From assembly GCA_001606155.1 (NCBI GenBank), contig LODT01000016.1, forward strand, positions 449,870-513,869: a stretch of DNA of 64,000 nt, written 5' to 3'. The position numbers and the translations under genes were made by a program. Every line of letters begins with the position of its first letter. Within the stretch, counting starts at the first letter, position 1. The notes beneath the pieces are model-generated. The model worked only from the letters and a program-made list of their open reading frames with translations. It ran no database searches and was not told where the DNA came from. The DNA is from Tieghemostelium lacteum. Its lineage: Eukaryota. This document shows, piece by piece, positions 1-11,361 of this stretch.

Positions 1-2
1 AA

Positions 3-2009
3 ATGTGGGGTTCTGGTAAATCAACTCTTGGACAAAGATTCATTAGTTCATTGAGAGAAAATTTATATTCTATCAAAGAATATTTATTGGAGAATGTTAA
101 TCTACGTAAATATGATTTAAATGAATTTTCTAAGGATCTGGAAACAGATATAGAGAAGCTGGCAACTTATAAAACCATAACACTAGACTATAAAGCACTA
201 TTTCTCGATAAATTGAATTGTCTCTCAGGACAAAACATAGAGATTAATTGGGACAGAATTACATTAGTTACACTTTACAACATAGTGTTGAGTTCTTTAG
301 GTCTCATCCCAGAAAAGGAAAAAGAAATCACAGTTCCCTCACTTTTAGAATTGATCAAAGGACATAGATTCTTTTTCCATTTTGACGAGATTGATCTTAC
401 AATTTCTAAAGATGGTCAATTCCTAGATGATATTGATTCAGCAAGAGTTCTCTATGAAATGTGGCATAAAATCTTCTATCCATTAGCAAGTAAAGGGTTT
501 CCTGTTTATATATCTGGTAGATCAACAATTCTATTATCACTACACCAAGGTTTATACCAAGCACAAGGTGTAACATCACCACCGAAATCAGGCATTGTAT
601 ATATATTACTGCACATGTTTGAACCCAAACACATTGAAGAATTGCTCAAACTCTCCTCTATCACATATCCCAACAATGAAGAACTCTCAAAAAAAATACA
701 CCTAGTAAGTATTAACTTTTAACTTTGATTAATATTTTATTTATTTCCTCGTCAATTAACTATTCATTATAGTACACATCTGGTGTTCCGAGATTAGTCA
801 AATACACTATACAGTATTTGGAATTGAAAGGGAAACCTGATTTGGATATACACTCCCTTATGCATTATTTTAATAGCATTCTCATGTCATATGAAATTTT
901 GGCTATTTCAGATACTAAACTAGTTGACAAATTTTATTTTGAACTAATAAGATTATCTGTATTCCGAGTAAGTATTTTTCCAATATTTTCTTATTATTTA
1001 CAACACTAATATCATATTAATTTTACAGATACCATTTGATATTAACAAAAATATCATTTGTAATGACCTTTGGAGTACTAAAAATACCTATGTACCTGCT
1101 TTCCGTCTTATTCAGCACTATCATGTTTATATTCAACCCATACAAAATCCATATGTTTTGATAACAGTACCTCTTGTAACGATATATGAGATAATTTCTA
1201 AACTCAAAAAACTTACTCAGACCGATCCCACAATTGCCTATAGAATATCTCAATTTGAGAGTTTGAGAGACTGTATCCCAATTTTTAGAGGCTCATCAAA
1301 AGGGGATTTAATGGAACACATCTTTGCAAGTGCAATTTCAAATAGATTATTGTTTGGCCCAATGGAAGTTGGAAATAAGGAGCCAGTTCCTGAATCCTTA
1401 ATTTTCTTTTATATATCTAAAGATTTACTCAAAGGTAAAGTTGATATTCAACCAGAGGTATTGGGGATATTTCCAAAATTTGTATCTAAGGATAAATGTA
1501 AACAAAATCAAAATCAAAATCAAACTGGGTCAACAGAAATGCCAAAATCCAAACTCATAGAATATATCAAGAGCTCAAAGGTTCATGTACTCTATAAATG
1601 CGCACCACAATCTGAGAGCTGTGATTTTTATTTGAAGTTGAATCCAGAATTAGTTATTGGGTATTGTATAAAAAATCTACCTTCAAGAGGCTTTGGTTTG
1701 GGTGATTTACAAAAAGAAATTGAGAAATCTACAATTATTGATGACACCATAAAACTCATATTTGTAGTGGTATCAACTAATAACTCCAAACAATTTGAGT
1801 CATATCCACCTTCACATATAATTAAACATGGTGATGATATTGTCAGCTATCAATATGATCCAGAGTACACATTTAAGATACAGAAAGATAAAGATTGGAT
1901 GACCCCCAATAACCTTTATACAGTAATATTAACTCCAAAAGGAATAGAGATATTAATTGGTTTAATTTATCAACAATTATTAAATGATATAAATTATATA
2001 GATGATTGA
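3..2009 (+). CDS. P-loop NTPase-like protein (Walker A GSGKST at the N-terminus); 5'-partial, 3 exons: 3..704, 773..967, 1029..2009
   Basis: ORFs 3..722, 818..1009 and 1158..2009 join in frame through GTAAGT donors at 705 and 968 and acceptors tatAG/773 and tacAG/1029. Walker A motif WGSGKSTLGQ. No closer family identified. Stop TGA at 2007. Confidence 0.5.
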
Positions 2010-2650
2010 AAACAAATTTAATTTTCATCCTTTCCTCTACTAGGATTCTCACTCTAGCATAGTACTACTTTCTACATTAATTGGAAATCAAATAATATGG
2101 GTAAAGTCAAAAAAAATAAAATTTTTCTTGAGTTAATCAAATTCTTTTTTTTTTTTTTTTATTTAAAATTGATAATGTTCAAGATTTCATTTTTGATCAT
2201 ATCAATCTATGTGTTAGCAGTTATTAGCTAATATTTCCCATAAAAATCAATATGATGAGAGATTTGATATTATTGATAGATTTTATCTATTCTATACCTA
2301 AAATCTTGAAGATTTGGACCTAAATGCAAGATGTTCGTGCTCTTTAGAGAATTTAAATATGATTGATGTGATATGGTAGACTAATAGTAAAAATATAAAT
2401 TTAGTTAATTCTATTATAAATAGACAATCAACAGCAATTAAAACATGGATAGATTCACAGAATATAGGTGAATTTTTAAAATTACAAAAGACAAAGAGTT
2501 TAAGATTAAAGATACCTGTTAATTTCTTATTTATAGGTTTTAATGGTGACGGTAACAAAGGGTTTGATTTAACTGACAATTCTTTGATTGAGTGGTTTCA
2601 ACATATATAACATCTATAAATAATGTAATTGACCTATTGGAGAGTATCAA

Positions 2651-2869
2651 TTGAGTTCTGAAAAGATACCAACACCTCAAACTCACATTGAATATGCATT
2701 TGATATACATGTTTCTAAATTGGATTCAATGGTTACAACTCTGATTGAAGATGCTATTTATTGGCATTTGAGATCAGAGATGGGTGAGTCACATAACGAT
2801 AGTGGTGATGAAGAACATGTTGAATCAAAGAAAGAGCAATTGTATTACACTAACCCACATTTGGTATAA
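2651..2869 (+). CDS. hypothetical acidic small protein; may be the upstream part of the 2873..3394 ORF, from which it is separated by a single in-frame TAA
   Basis: 72-aa ORF in the same frame as the following ORF. No recognisable domain. Confidence 0.2.
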   Translation: MSSEKIPTPQTHIEYAFDIHVSKLDSMVTTLIEDAIYWHLRSEMGESHNDSGDEEHVESKKEQLYYTNPHLV

Positions 2870-2920
2870 TCATTGTTGTCTTCGTTATTGGAGGACCTTG
2901 GATTGCATACTATTGTAATT

Positions 2921-3394
2921 ATGAATCCTAATCCACCTACAAATGGGTCAAGTTATGGATATAGAACTGGCTATTCCAATGCAGAACTTAAAGTAATACA
3001 CGATAATCCTTATGTATTTAAAGAAAGTACTATAAAGAATGTAACCTCTGATTATGAGTATATAAAAATACTCAAAAATGCTAGAGGGCAAACATTTAAT
3101 GAACCTGGTGAAATACCTCAACAACAGCAACAACAGCAGCAGCAGCAACACGATCAACAACAACAGAATTACAATTTCAAATTTAGAGATGTTTCAAAGG
3201 CGTCTTCTGTATGGGCAAATACAATGGTACAGGTATTTAATAAGCATAGATACTACAAGTCACCCGGTGCATTCAAAAATGAATGTAAATGGTATGATGA
3301 TGGTGAGGAATATGGTTGTCAATTTAGTAATCTTTTGACTAGTGAAAACAGTGATATACTCTCACAGGTAAAGGAAGAATCTAATGCTGGGTGA
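2921..3394 (+). CDS. hypothetical protein with a poly-Q tract (QQQQQQQQQQHDQQQQ)
   Basis: ORF 2873..3394, first ATG at 2921. CAA/CAG repeat at 3118-3165. No family recognised. Confidence 0.3.
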   Translation: MNPNPPTNGSSYGYRTGYSNAELKVIHDNPYVFKESTIKNVTSDYEYIKILKNARGQTFNEPGEIPQQQQQQQQQQHDQQQQNYNFKFRDVSKASSVWANTMVQVFNKHRYYKSPGAFKNECKWYDDGEEYGCQFSNLLTSENSDILSQVKEESNAG

Positions 3395-3663
3395 TTCTCA
3401 TCATATATAAAATACTTTTCAGATTGTGAAGTTGGTTTAAGTTGAATTGTACAATATAATTTAGTTGCCAATTTAATACAACTAGGTATATATGTTTGAT
3501 TTGTAAAATCAGTTGTGATTTTTGTGATATTAACAGGGTTACTAGCAAGATATAAAATGAAATTTAATTTCGATTCTAAATTTTCTTCAAAATTAACTGA
3601 TGTTATTTGGGAGAAAATTGGTGATATTAGAACTAAACAATAAATTATAATTAAACATTTCAT
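3319..3663 (-). CDS. hypothetical small secreted protein (N-terminal signal peptide)
   Basis: 114-aa ORF with a hydrophobic N-terminus MKCLIIIYCLVLISPIFSQ. It overlaps the 3' end of the + strand ORF, so it is uncertain. Confidence 0.2.
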   Translation of the reverse strand: MKCLIIIYCLVLISPIFSQITSVNFEENLESKLNFILYLASNPVNITKITTDFTNQTYIPSCIKLATKLYCTIQLKPTSQSEKYFIYDENHPALDSSFTCESISLFSLVKRLLN

Positions 3664-4383
3664 ATTTTTAAAATAAGTTAATAATAAATAACAAAGAGAA
3701 TGATTTAAAAATAGCCTAGGTGTTGAAAAGGTAAAATTTGGTCAATAATATACATAATATAATATTTGATTAAAGGTAACCATCTATTACTGATATTAAA
3801 GTCGAATTCCAATTACTAATTATTATTTGTTTGAATACCAATCTGGAAGTTCATCTATCCTAAATGGTGAAATTTTTGGAAATGATATATCATTAATTCA
3901 AATAAAATTGGAAATAATTCTAACTCCAGATATACCCCATCACTCAATTAACATTATAAAGAAATTTTAACTGTATCTCCGAAAACAAACTATTATTGTA
4001 AATCAACAAATAAGTAGTTCATTGGAGAAACAATGATATTATTTTAATTAATAAAAATATCTTTGTTGTTGGTAAATGAGTGATATAAGTATTTTATGTC
4101 TTCTTCAGTGAATCAGAAAATCCTAACCAATAGCATATATTGTTTACATTTATTTTCTTATTAAATAATTAAAAATCAGCTGTATCCTAAAATCTATTTT
4201 TAGAAAAGTAGATCATAAATTTATGTATTTTTTAGATTTAAAAATAGCCTAAGCTATATTAATTAAATTCTCAAATTGAATACCTCCACATTAGAGAATT
4301 CTATTCTGTTTAGTAATAAAATACACCAATATCTAGTGTGGCATTACTTTTTTTTTTGTTCCTATGTGATTATCCTAAAGACA

Positions 4384-4731
4384 CTATTTTACCTCTTTAA
4401 TTAGGAAAATAAAAATAAGAGGTAGTATAACCATAAGAATAATTGCATATACTACTGTTTGAAAAGTCTCTTTTAGTATAGATGAATAGGTTTCTGGTGA
4501 AGTTGATTCAGTTTCAATTGTTTTAGTGTCCTCTAATAACTCCAATGGTTTCCTTGACTTGTATTTATGTGTGTTCTTATGCTTGATAACTGTTAAACTC
4601 TCTTTAGAGATATCTGATGATGATTCACAATTATCTCTTGAATTTACTACTACTAGTGAATGGGTATCTACTTTCTCTATGATTTCATCTTTATTGACTG
4701 ATCTTAAATTCATTTGATTATTTGGTCGCAT
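4384..4731 (-). CDS. hypothetical tail-anchored membrane protein
   Basis: 115-aa ORF with a single C-terminal hydrophobic segment VVYAIILMVILPLIFIFLI. Confidence 0.25.
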   Translation of the reverse strand: MRPNNQMNLRSVNKDEIIEKVDTHSLVVVNSRDNCESSSDISKESLTVIKHKNTHKYKSRKPLELLEDTKTIETESTSPETYSSILKETFQTVVYAIILMVILPLIFIFLIKEVK

Positions 4732-5086
4732 TTAAGATATGGTGGTATTTTAAACATAAATATTAAAATATACCAATCCTTTATGATTAGTAAAGAGTGA
4801 CTATATTCAGAGAGATAAATATTTTAAATCATGAAAAATAATATCAAAGCTGTGCACAAACTCATCCCTTCAAATTTCTTGTGGGTGCAATTTTAGATAT
4901 TTGTAAAAAAAATTATTTTAAAAAAAAAATCAGATACTGTTATGATAATATTAGTATTACTATTTATAATGTGGGGTTTGTGGTTGTTTAGTTTATGATT
5001 ATTAAAATAATTCCAATCTTTTTAATTGTAATTTAAAATTTTTTTTTAATTTTTCATTATATTAATTTTTCAAACAATACATAAAG

Positions 5087-5856
5087 ATGAGCCAAAATGA
5101 AGAAATTACCTATAAATACTTTGAAAAACAACGGTTGAAACTGTGTGGAATGCATGCTTTAAATAATTTAGTAACCTATTATCCAATAACTATTAAATTT
5201 AATTACGAAGGGTTTTTGAAAGAGAGTTGAAAACTAACACTATTTATGTGTAATACCCTACCTTTACCACCAATTGGAATGGACATTTAATTAATACATA
5301 GCTTCAAGAAGAGAAATTTAAACAAAAAGATTTAGATGCAATAGCATATGAGATTGATGTTTCAAATAGGTTTTTTAATCCACACAAGAGTGTATTGTAG
5401 GCATTAGAATTTTATATAAAGTCTTTAAACACCATCTATTAATTAAAAACTAGTGGAATAGGTAATTATGATGCAAATGTATTGATAAAAGCATTAACAG
5501 ATATAGGATACCAAGTAACTTGGTTTGATAAGAGAAAACCTACTACTGAAATTGACTTTTCAATGAATCTTTATGGTTTAGTCATAAATACAATGGAGAA
5601 GAGATTCTTTAATATCTATCATGCTAGACATTGGATAGCAATAAAGAATTTAAATTTTGGTAAACCTCCGACTCAACCCAATGAACATATAACTATAGAT
5701 CAACTTACTATAACTGAAAATCAAAGTAATCAGCAATATAAATTTGTTGAATTTAATTCTGAACATCGTCACCCAAAACTCATTGATAACATTCATACTT
5801 ATATACAAGACACAATAAAAAATAAGAATGGTGAAGTACTATTAGTTTATAGGTAA
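5087..5856 (+). CDS. Josephin-domain deubiquitinase (JOSD1/2-like); exons 5087..5170, 5302..5369, 5454..5856
   Basis: Exon 1 MSQNEEITYKYFEKQRLKLCGMHALNNL carries the catalytic Cys motif LCGMHALNN. It continues as LQEEKFKQKDLDAIAYEIDVSN and then GNYDANVLIKALTDIGYQVTWFDKRK...HWIAIKNL, matching JOSD GNYDVNV...WWDRR...HW. Donors GTAACC at 5171 and GTTTTT at 5370; acceptors catAG and aactAG. Confidence 0.7.
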
Positions 5857-5958
5857 AACCTAAATCAAACCCACCCACACCATTGTATATTAAAATTAAA
5901 AAAAGAAAAATTGTATATTCTATTATATATTTATTTATAAACAGTAGATTAAATTGAA

Positions 5959-8125
5959 TTAATCAACTTGTTCCATTTGAGATGGTTCATTGTTGTCAGA
6001 AACTAAAGGTGGTAATTCTTCATCAGTGGTGTTATTGTTGTTTGAAGAGTCATCACCAGTTGGGATTGATAAACCGAGTTTAATCATTCTGTGGATTCTG
6101 GTGGCGAATGATGATGGATCGTCTAATGAGAAACCAGAGGATAAGAGAGCGGTTTCATAAAGTAAGTGAACAAAGTCTTTGAAGGTTTTGGCTTTTTCAT
6201 TAGCTTTCTTTCTGAGTTCTTGAACGATTGGATGATCTGGATTGATTTCCATGGTTTTTTTGGATGACATATAAGTGGACATGGAGTTATCACGGAGAGC
6301 TTGAGCTTTCATGATTCTTTCCATATTGGCGGACCACCCAAATTCAGAAGTGACCAAAGCACATGGTGAGTTAACTAAACGAGTTGAAAGAACAACTTTT
6401 TCAATTTTGTCTCCGAGGACTTCTTTGATTTCACTGACGAGAACTTCATTGGCTTTTTTGTCTTCTTCAGCTTTGACTTTTTCTTCTTCAGTTTCGTCAA
6501 GTTTCAAACCTTCTTTGGTGATGGAAACTAATTTCTTACCATCATATTCTTTCAATTGTTGAACTGCATATTCATCAATTGGGTCAGTCATGTAAATAAC
6601 TTCGAGATTCTTCTTCTTGAGACCTTCAATGAAAGGTGAGGTTTCAACAGTCTTTCTGTTTTCACCAGTAATGTAGTAAATGTCTTTTTGACCTTCTTTC
6701 ATACGAGCAACGTATTCTTTGAGAGTGGTGGTTTCTTCACCAGATTTAGAGGTATGATAACGGAGGAGATCAGCAATTTTCTCACGGTTTTGAGTGTCTT
6801 CATGGATACCTAATTTGAGATTCTTGGCAAATGATTCGTAGAATTTCTTGTAGTCTTCATTGTTTTCAGCAACTTCAGCGAATAATTCAAGACATTTCTT
6901 GACGAGATTCTTTCTGATGACTTTGAGGATAGAGTTTTGTTGGAGAGTTTCTCTGGAAATGTTCAATGGTAAATCTTCAGAATCAACAATACCTTTGATG
7001 AAATTCAACCATTCTGGGATTAAATCTTGACAGTTATCCATGATGAAAACTCTCTTGACGTACAATTTAATGTTGTTGTGCTTCTTTTTGGATTCGAATA
7101 AATCGAATGGAGCTCTCTTTGGAACAAAGAGGATGGCTCTGAATTCAAGTTGACCTTCAACAGAGAAGTGTTTAACAGCTAATGGCTCTTCCCAATCATT
7201 GCTGATTGATTTGTAGAATGAGTTATATTCTTCTTTGGTGATTTCAGAAGCGTTTCTGGTCCAGAGTGGTTTGGTCTTGTTCAAAACATCCCATTCTTTT
7301 TCTTGAACTTTCTTTTTCTCTTTCTTGACTTCTTCGTCTTCAATCTCTTCAATTTTAGCATCACCGGTTTCTTCAGAGGTTTCAGTTTTCTTTTCTTCTT
7401 CAACTTCTTTCTCTTTAATGGTGAGTAAATTGATTGGGTATTGAATGAATTCAGAGTGTTTTTTAACAAGATTCTTGATTTTAGTTTCATCCAAGAAATC
7501 TAATTGATCATCTTTCATGTGGAGAACTAATTTAGTACCTCTTCCCAATGGTTCAGAGTTATCAATGGCGACAGTGAATTCACCACCAGCTGATGAAGTC
7601 CAAACGTATTGTTCATCATCATTGTGTTTGGAATGGACGATAACAGTGTCAGCAACCAAATAGGCAGAATAGAAACCAACACCAAATTGACCAATCATAG
7701 AAATATCAGCACCTCCAGTGTTCAATTGTTCCATGAATTTCTTTGTACCTGAAGAGGCAATGGTACCCAAGTTCTTTACCAAATCAGATTTAGTCATACC
7801 AATACCTGAGTCAATAATGGTAAGGGTTTTGGCGGCTTTATCTGGAATGATTCTGATTTCCAATTCTGGTTTAGATTCCAAAACAGAGTTATCAGTCAAT
7901 GATTGATATCTGATTTTATCTAAAGCCTAAGATTTATCAAATAGAGATTTAATTAGTAAATCTAAGATATATAGATATCTAATCAATTAAAATACATACA
8001 TCAGAGGCATTTGAAATCAACTCTCTTAAAAATACTTCCTTGTTTGAATAGAAAGTATTGATGATTAAACTCATCAATTGGTTGATTTCAGCTTGGAATT
8101 TGAATGTTTCAACTTCTTGTGACAT
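5959..8125 (-). CDS. hspD: Hsp90 (cytosolic HSP90/HtpG family), copy A; exons 8125..8000 and 7926..5959 on the minus strand, 73-nt intron
   Basis: Exon 1 [48 protein letters not shown] donor and cttAG acceptor. Exon 2 [12 protein letters not shown]...[15 protein letters not shown]...C-terminal MEQVD. Full-length HSP90 of ~697 aa. Confidence 0.9.
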
Positions 8126-8955
8126 GACTATATTGTTATTATATTTATAAAATTAATAGAAATAAAAATAAGAATATGAAGCTTGAAAAAAGAGAATGGA
8201 TTTTTTTTTTTTTTATTTTAAGTTTTTCAAAATGAATTTTATCGACTTCACAAAAATTTCAAGCAAATTTCGCTGTGTTTGCCACGAAATTTAATATGAA
8301 AAAACTTAAATTTATAACATATATTAAGTTTTTTATTTTCTTTTTATTTTAGGTAGTGTTTAGTCAATAGATCTATAACACAGTAGTTATCAAATATATT
8401 TCTATGGATTTTCAATAACCTTTCTTTTAATTTTAATTCTAATAATTCGAATATCCCACACTATATTTTTTTAAAACACACATCCACAAATCTTAAGATA
8501 TCAAATTATTACTATTTACTCCAATAATAATTTGACATTTCCAATATCTTAAAATATGCATTCTTCAGATCCATCTTTTGTATTTCTTTATTTTTATTTT
8601 TAAATGTATTTCTAGTACATTTACCATTTTAAAAATAATTTAAAGAGATTACAAAAGTAACTTATGAATTAACTGCAAGGTATAATTTTAAAACATATCC
8701 GCAATCAATTTAAACAGAAATGATATTCTGAAAAATTGATATGTACCTTGAATGTAAAATTTAATCACTATTTTTATTTAATATTAGTATTTAAATGAAA
8801 AATGGGAATACTCTATTTGAATTTATTTGGTAATTAGATGGATCTTCATAAAAGTGGTCTTCAGAAACCTTTAAAAAAAATTTTTTTTGTTTTTTTTTTC
8901 ATTTTCGTATCTTCAATAATTTATCTAACACATATTTTATCAAAGAAATACAAAA
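8126..8955. promoter_or_regulatory. shared divergent (bidirectional) promoter region of the two Hsp90 genes; AT-rich, with several imperfect GAA/TTC heat-shock-element-like arrays
   Basis: Position between two outward-facing start codons. GAAnnTTC-like triplets occur at ~8245-8300 (TTCacaaaaaTTTCaagcaaaTTTCg, cacGAAatTTaa) and ~8845-8870 (gatcTTCat..gtcTTCaGAAacc). None is a perfect nGAAnnTTCnnGAAn. Confidence 0.35.
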
Positions 8956-11148
8956 ATGACCCAAGAAGTTGAAACATTCAAATTCCAAGCTGAAATCAAC
9001 CAATTGATGAGTTTAATCATCAATACTTTCTATTCAAACAAGGAAGTATTTTTAAGAGAGTTGATTTCAAATGCCTCTGATGTATGTATTATATAAAGTC
9101 TAAGAGAATTCAAAAGAGATCTTTAAAAAGAATAGGTTATTAATATTTGGTTTGTAACATTACTACTATTTATACTATAGGCTTTAGATAAAATCAGATA
9201 TCAATCATTGACTGATAACTCTGTTTTGGAATCTAAACCAGAATTGGAAATCAGAATCATTCCAGATAAAGCCGCCAAAACTCTTACCATTATTGATTCA
9301 GGTATTGGTATGACTAAATCTGATTTGGTAAAGAACTTGGGTACCATTGCCTCTTCAGGTACAAAGAAATTCATGGAACAATTGAACACTGGAGGTGCTG
9401 ATATCTCTATGATTGGTCAATTTGGTGTTGGTTTCTATTCTGCCTATTTGGTTGCTGATACTGTTATCGTCCATTCCAAACACAATGATGATGAACAATA
9501 CGTTTGGACTTCATCAGCTGGTGGTGAATTCACTGTCGCCATTGATAACTCTGAACCATTGGGAAGAGGTACTAAATTAGTTCTCCACATGAAAGATGAT
9601 CAATTAGATTTCTTGGATGAAACTAAAATCAAGAATCTTGTTAAAAAACACTCTGAATTCATTCAATACCCAATCAATTTACTCACCATTAAAGAAAAAG
9701 AAGTTGAAGAAGAAAAGAAAACTGAAACCTCTGAAGAAACCGGTGATGCTAAAATTGAAGAAATTGAAGACGAAGAAGTCAAGAAAGAGAAAAAGAAAGT
9801 TCAAGAAAAAGAATGGGATGTTTTGAACAAGACCAAACCACTCTGGACCAGAAACGCTGCTGAAATCACCAAAGAAGAATATAACTCATTCTACAAATCA
9901 ATCAGCAATGATTGGGAAGAACCATTAGCTGTTAAACACTTCTCTGTTGAAGGTCAACTTGAATTCAGAGCCATCCTCTTTGTTCCAAAGAGAGCTCCAT
10001 TCGATTTATTCGAATCCAAAAAGAAACACAACAACATTAAATTGTATGTCAAGAGAGTTTTCATCATGGATAACTGTCAAGATTTAATCCCAGAATGGTT
10101 GAATTTCATCAAAGGTATTGTTGATTCTGAAGATTTACCATTGAACATTTCCAGAGAAACCCTCCAACAAAACTCTATCCTCAAAGTCATCAGAAAGAAT
10201 CTCGTCAAGAAATGTCTTGAATTATTCGCTGAAGTTGCTGAAAACAATGAAGACTACAAGAAATTCTACGAATCATTTGCCAAGAATCTCAAATTAGGTA
10301 TCCATGAAGACACTCAAAACCGTGAGAAAATCGCTGATCTCCTCCGTTACCACACCTCCAAATCTGGTGAAGAAACCACCACTCTCAAAGAATACGTTGC
10401 TCGTATGAAAGAAGGCCAAAAAGACATTTACTACATTACTGGTGAAAACAGAAAGACTGTTGAAACCTCACCATTCATTGAAGGTCTCAAGAAGAAGAAT
10501 CTCGAAGTTATTTACATGACTGACCCAATTGATGAATATGCAGTTCAACAATTGAAAGAATATGATGGTAAGAAATTAGTTTCCATCACCAAAGAAGGTT
10601 TGAAACTCGACGAAACTGAAGAAGAAAAAGTCAAAGCTGAAGAAGACAAAAAAGCCAATGAAGTTCTCGTCAGTGAAATCAAAGAAGTCCTCGGAGACAA
10701 AATTGAAAAAGTTGTTCTTTCAACTCGTTTAGTTAACTCACCATGTGCTTTGGTCACTTCTGAATTTGGATGGTCCGCCAATATGGAAAGAATCATGAAA
10801 GCTCAAGCTCTCCGTGATAACTCCATGTCCACTTATATGTCATCCAAAAAAACCATGGAAATCAATCCAGATCATCCAATCGTCCAAGAACTCAGAAAGA
10901 AAGCTAATGAAAAAGCCAAAACCTTCAAAGACTTTGTTCACTTACTTTACGAAACCGCTCTCTTATCCTCTGGTTTCTCATTAGACGATCCATCATCATT
11001 CGCCACCAGAATCCACAGAATGATTAAACTCGGTTTATCAATCCCAACTGGTGATGACTCTTCAAACAACAATAACACCACTGATGAAGAATTACCACCT
11101 TTAGTTTCTGACAACAATGAACCATCTCAAATGGAACAAGTTGATTAA
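8956..11148 (+). CDS. hspD: Hsp90, copy B, inverted relative to copy A; exons 8956..9081 and 9181..11148, 99-nt intron
   Basis: The protein matches copy A except MTQ vs MSQ at codon 2 and RNAAE vs RNASE, plus 2 synonymous differences. GTATGT donor at 9082, tatAG acceptor at 9180. Confidence 0.9.
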
Positions 11149-11361
11149 ACCAATCCCTAGACTCCCCCTAATACACTTTTTTTTCTTAGTTAGTTTAAAA
11201 AATAAATATCAGTCTTTAAAAAATCTAGTGAAATTTCATTGTTTTCTTAATTTCAAGAGTTTTGGCATTCAACTTCCCCAACCACCAACACAACACCCTT
11301 TTAAAAACAAAATTTTTTTTATTTCAAATTTTTTTGAACACATAAATCAACACAACAACAA

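Larger units (their letters stand above)
5959..11148. repeat. inverted duplication of the Hsp90 coding region (arms 5959..8125 and 8956..11148) around an ~830-bp unique spacer
   Basis: Identical six-frame ORF sets appear on opposite strands, e.g. 7718..7906(+) = 9201..9389(-) and 6311..6562(+) = 10545..10796(-). Similarity stops at the stop codons and just upstream of the ATGs. Confidence 0.9.

Noticed and set aside
6311-6562. 83-aa ORF antisense within Hsp90 copy A, with an identical twin at 10545..10796 within copy B
   Set aside because: It lies entirely inside and antisense to a highly conserved Hsp90 coding region. Its presence in both arms is just a consequence of the inverted duplication.
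7281-7490. Lys-rich 69-aa ORFs (7281..7490 minus, 9617..9826 plus)
   Set aside because: They are alternative-frame readings of the charged linker (EEKK...) of Hsp90, a low-complexity artefact. They are useful only because they expose 2 silent nucleotide differences between the copies.
7718-7906. 62-aa ORFs 7718..7906(+) and 9201..9389(-)
   Set aside because: Antisense readings of the Hsp90 N-terminal ATPase domain, duplicated by the inverted repeat.
8126-8955. Canonical heat-shock element nGAAnnTTCnnGAAn in the Hsp90 spacer
   Set aside because: Only imperfect GAA/TTC arrays with wrong spacing were seen; they are reported as a low-confidence regulatory note rather than an HSE call.
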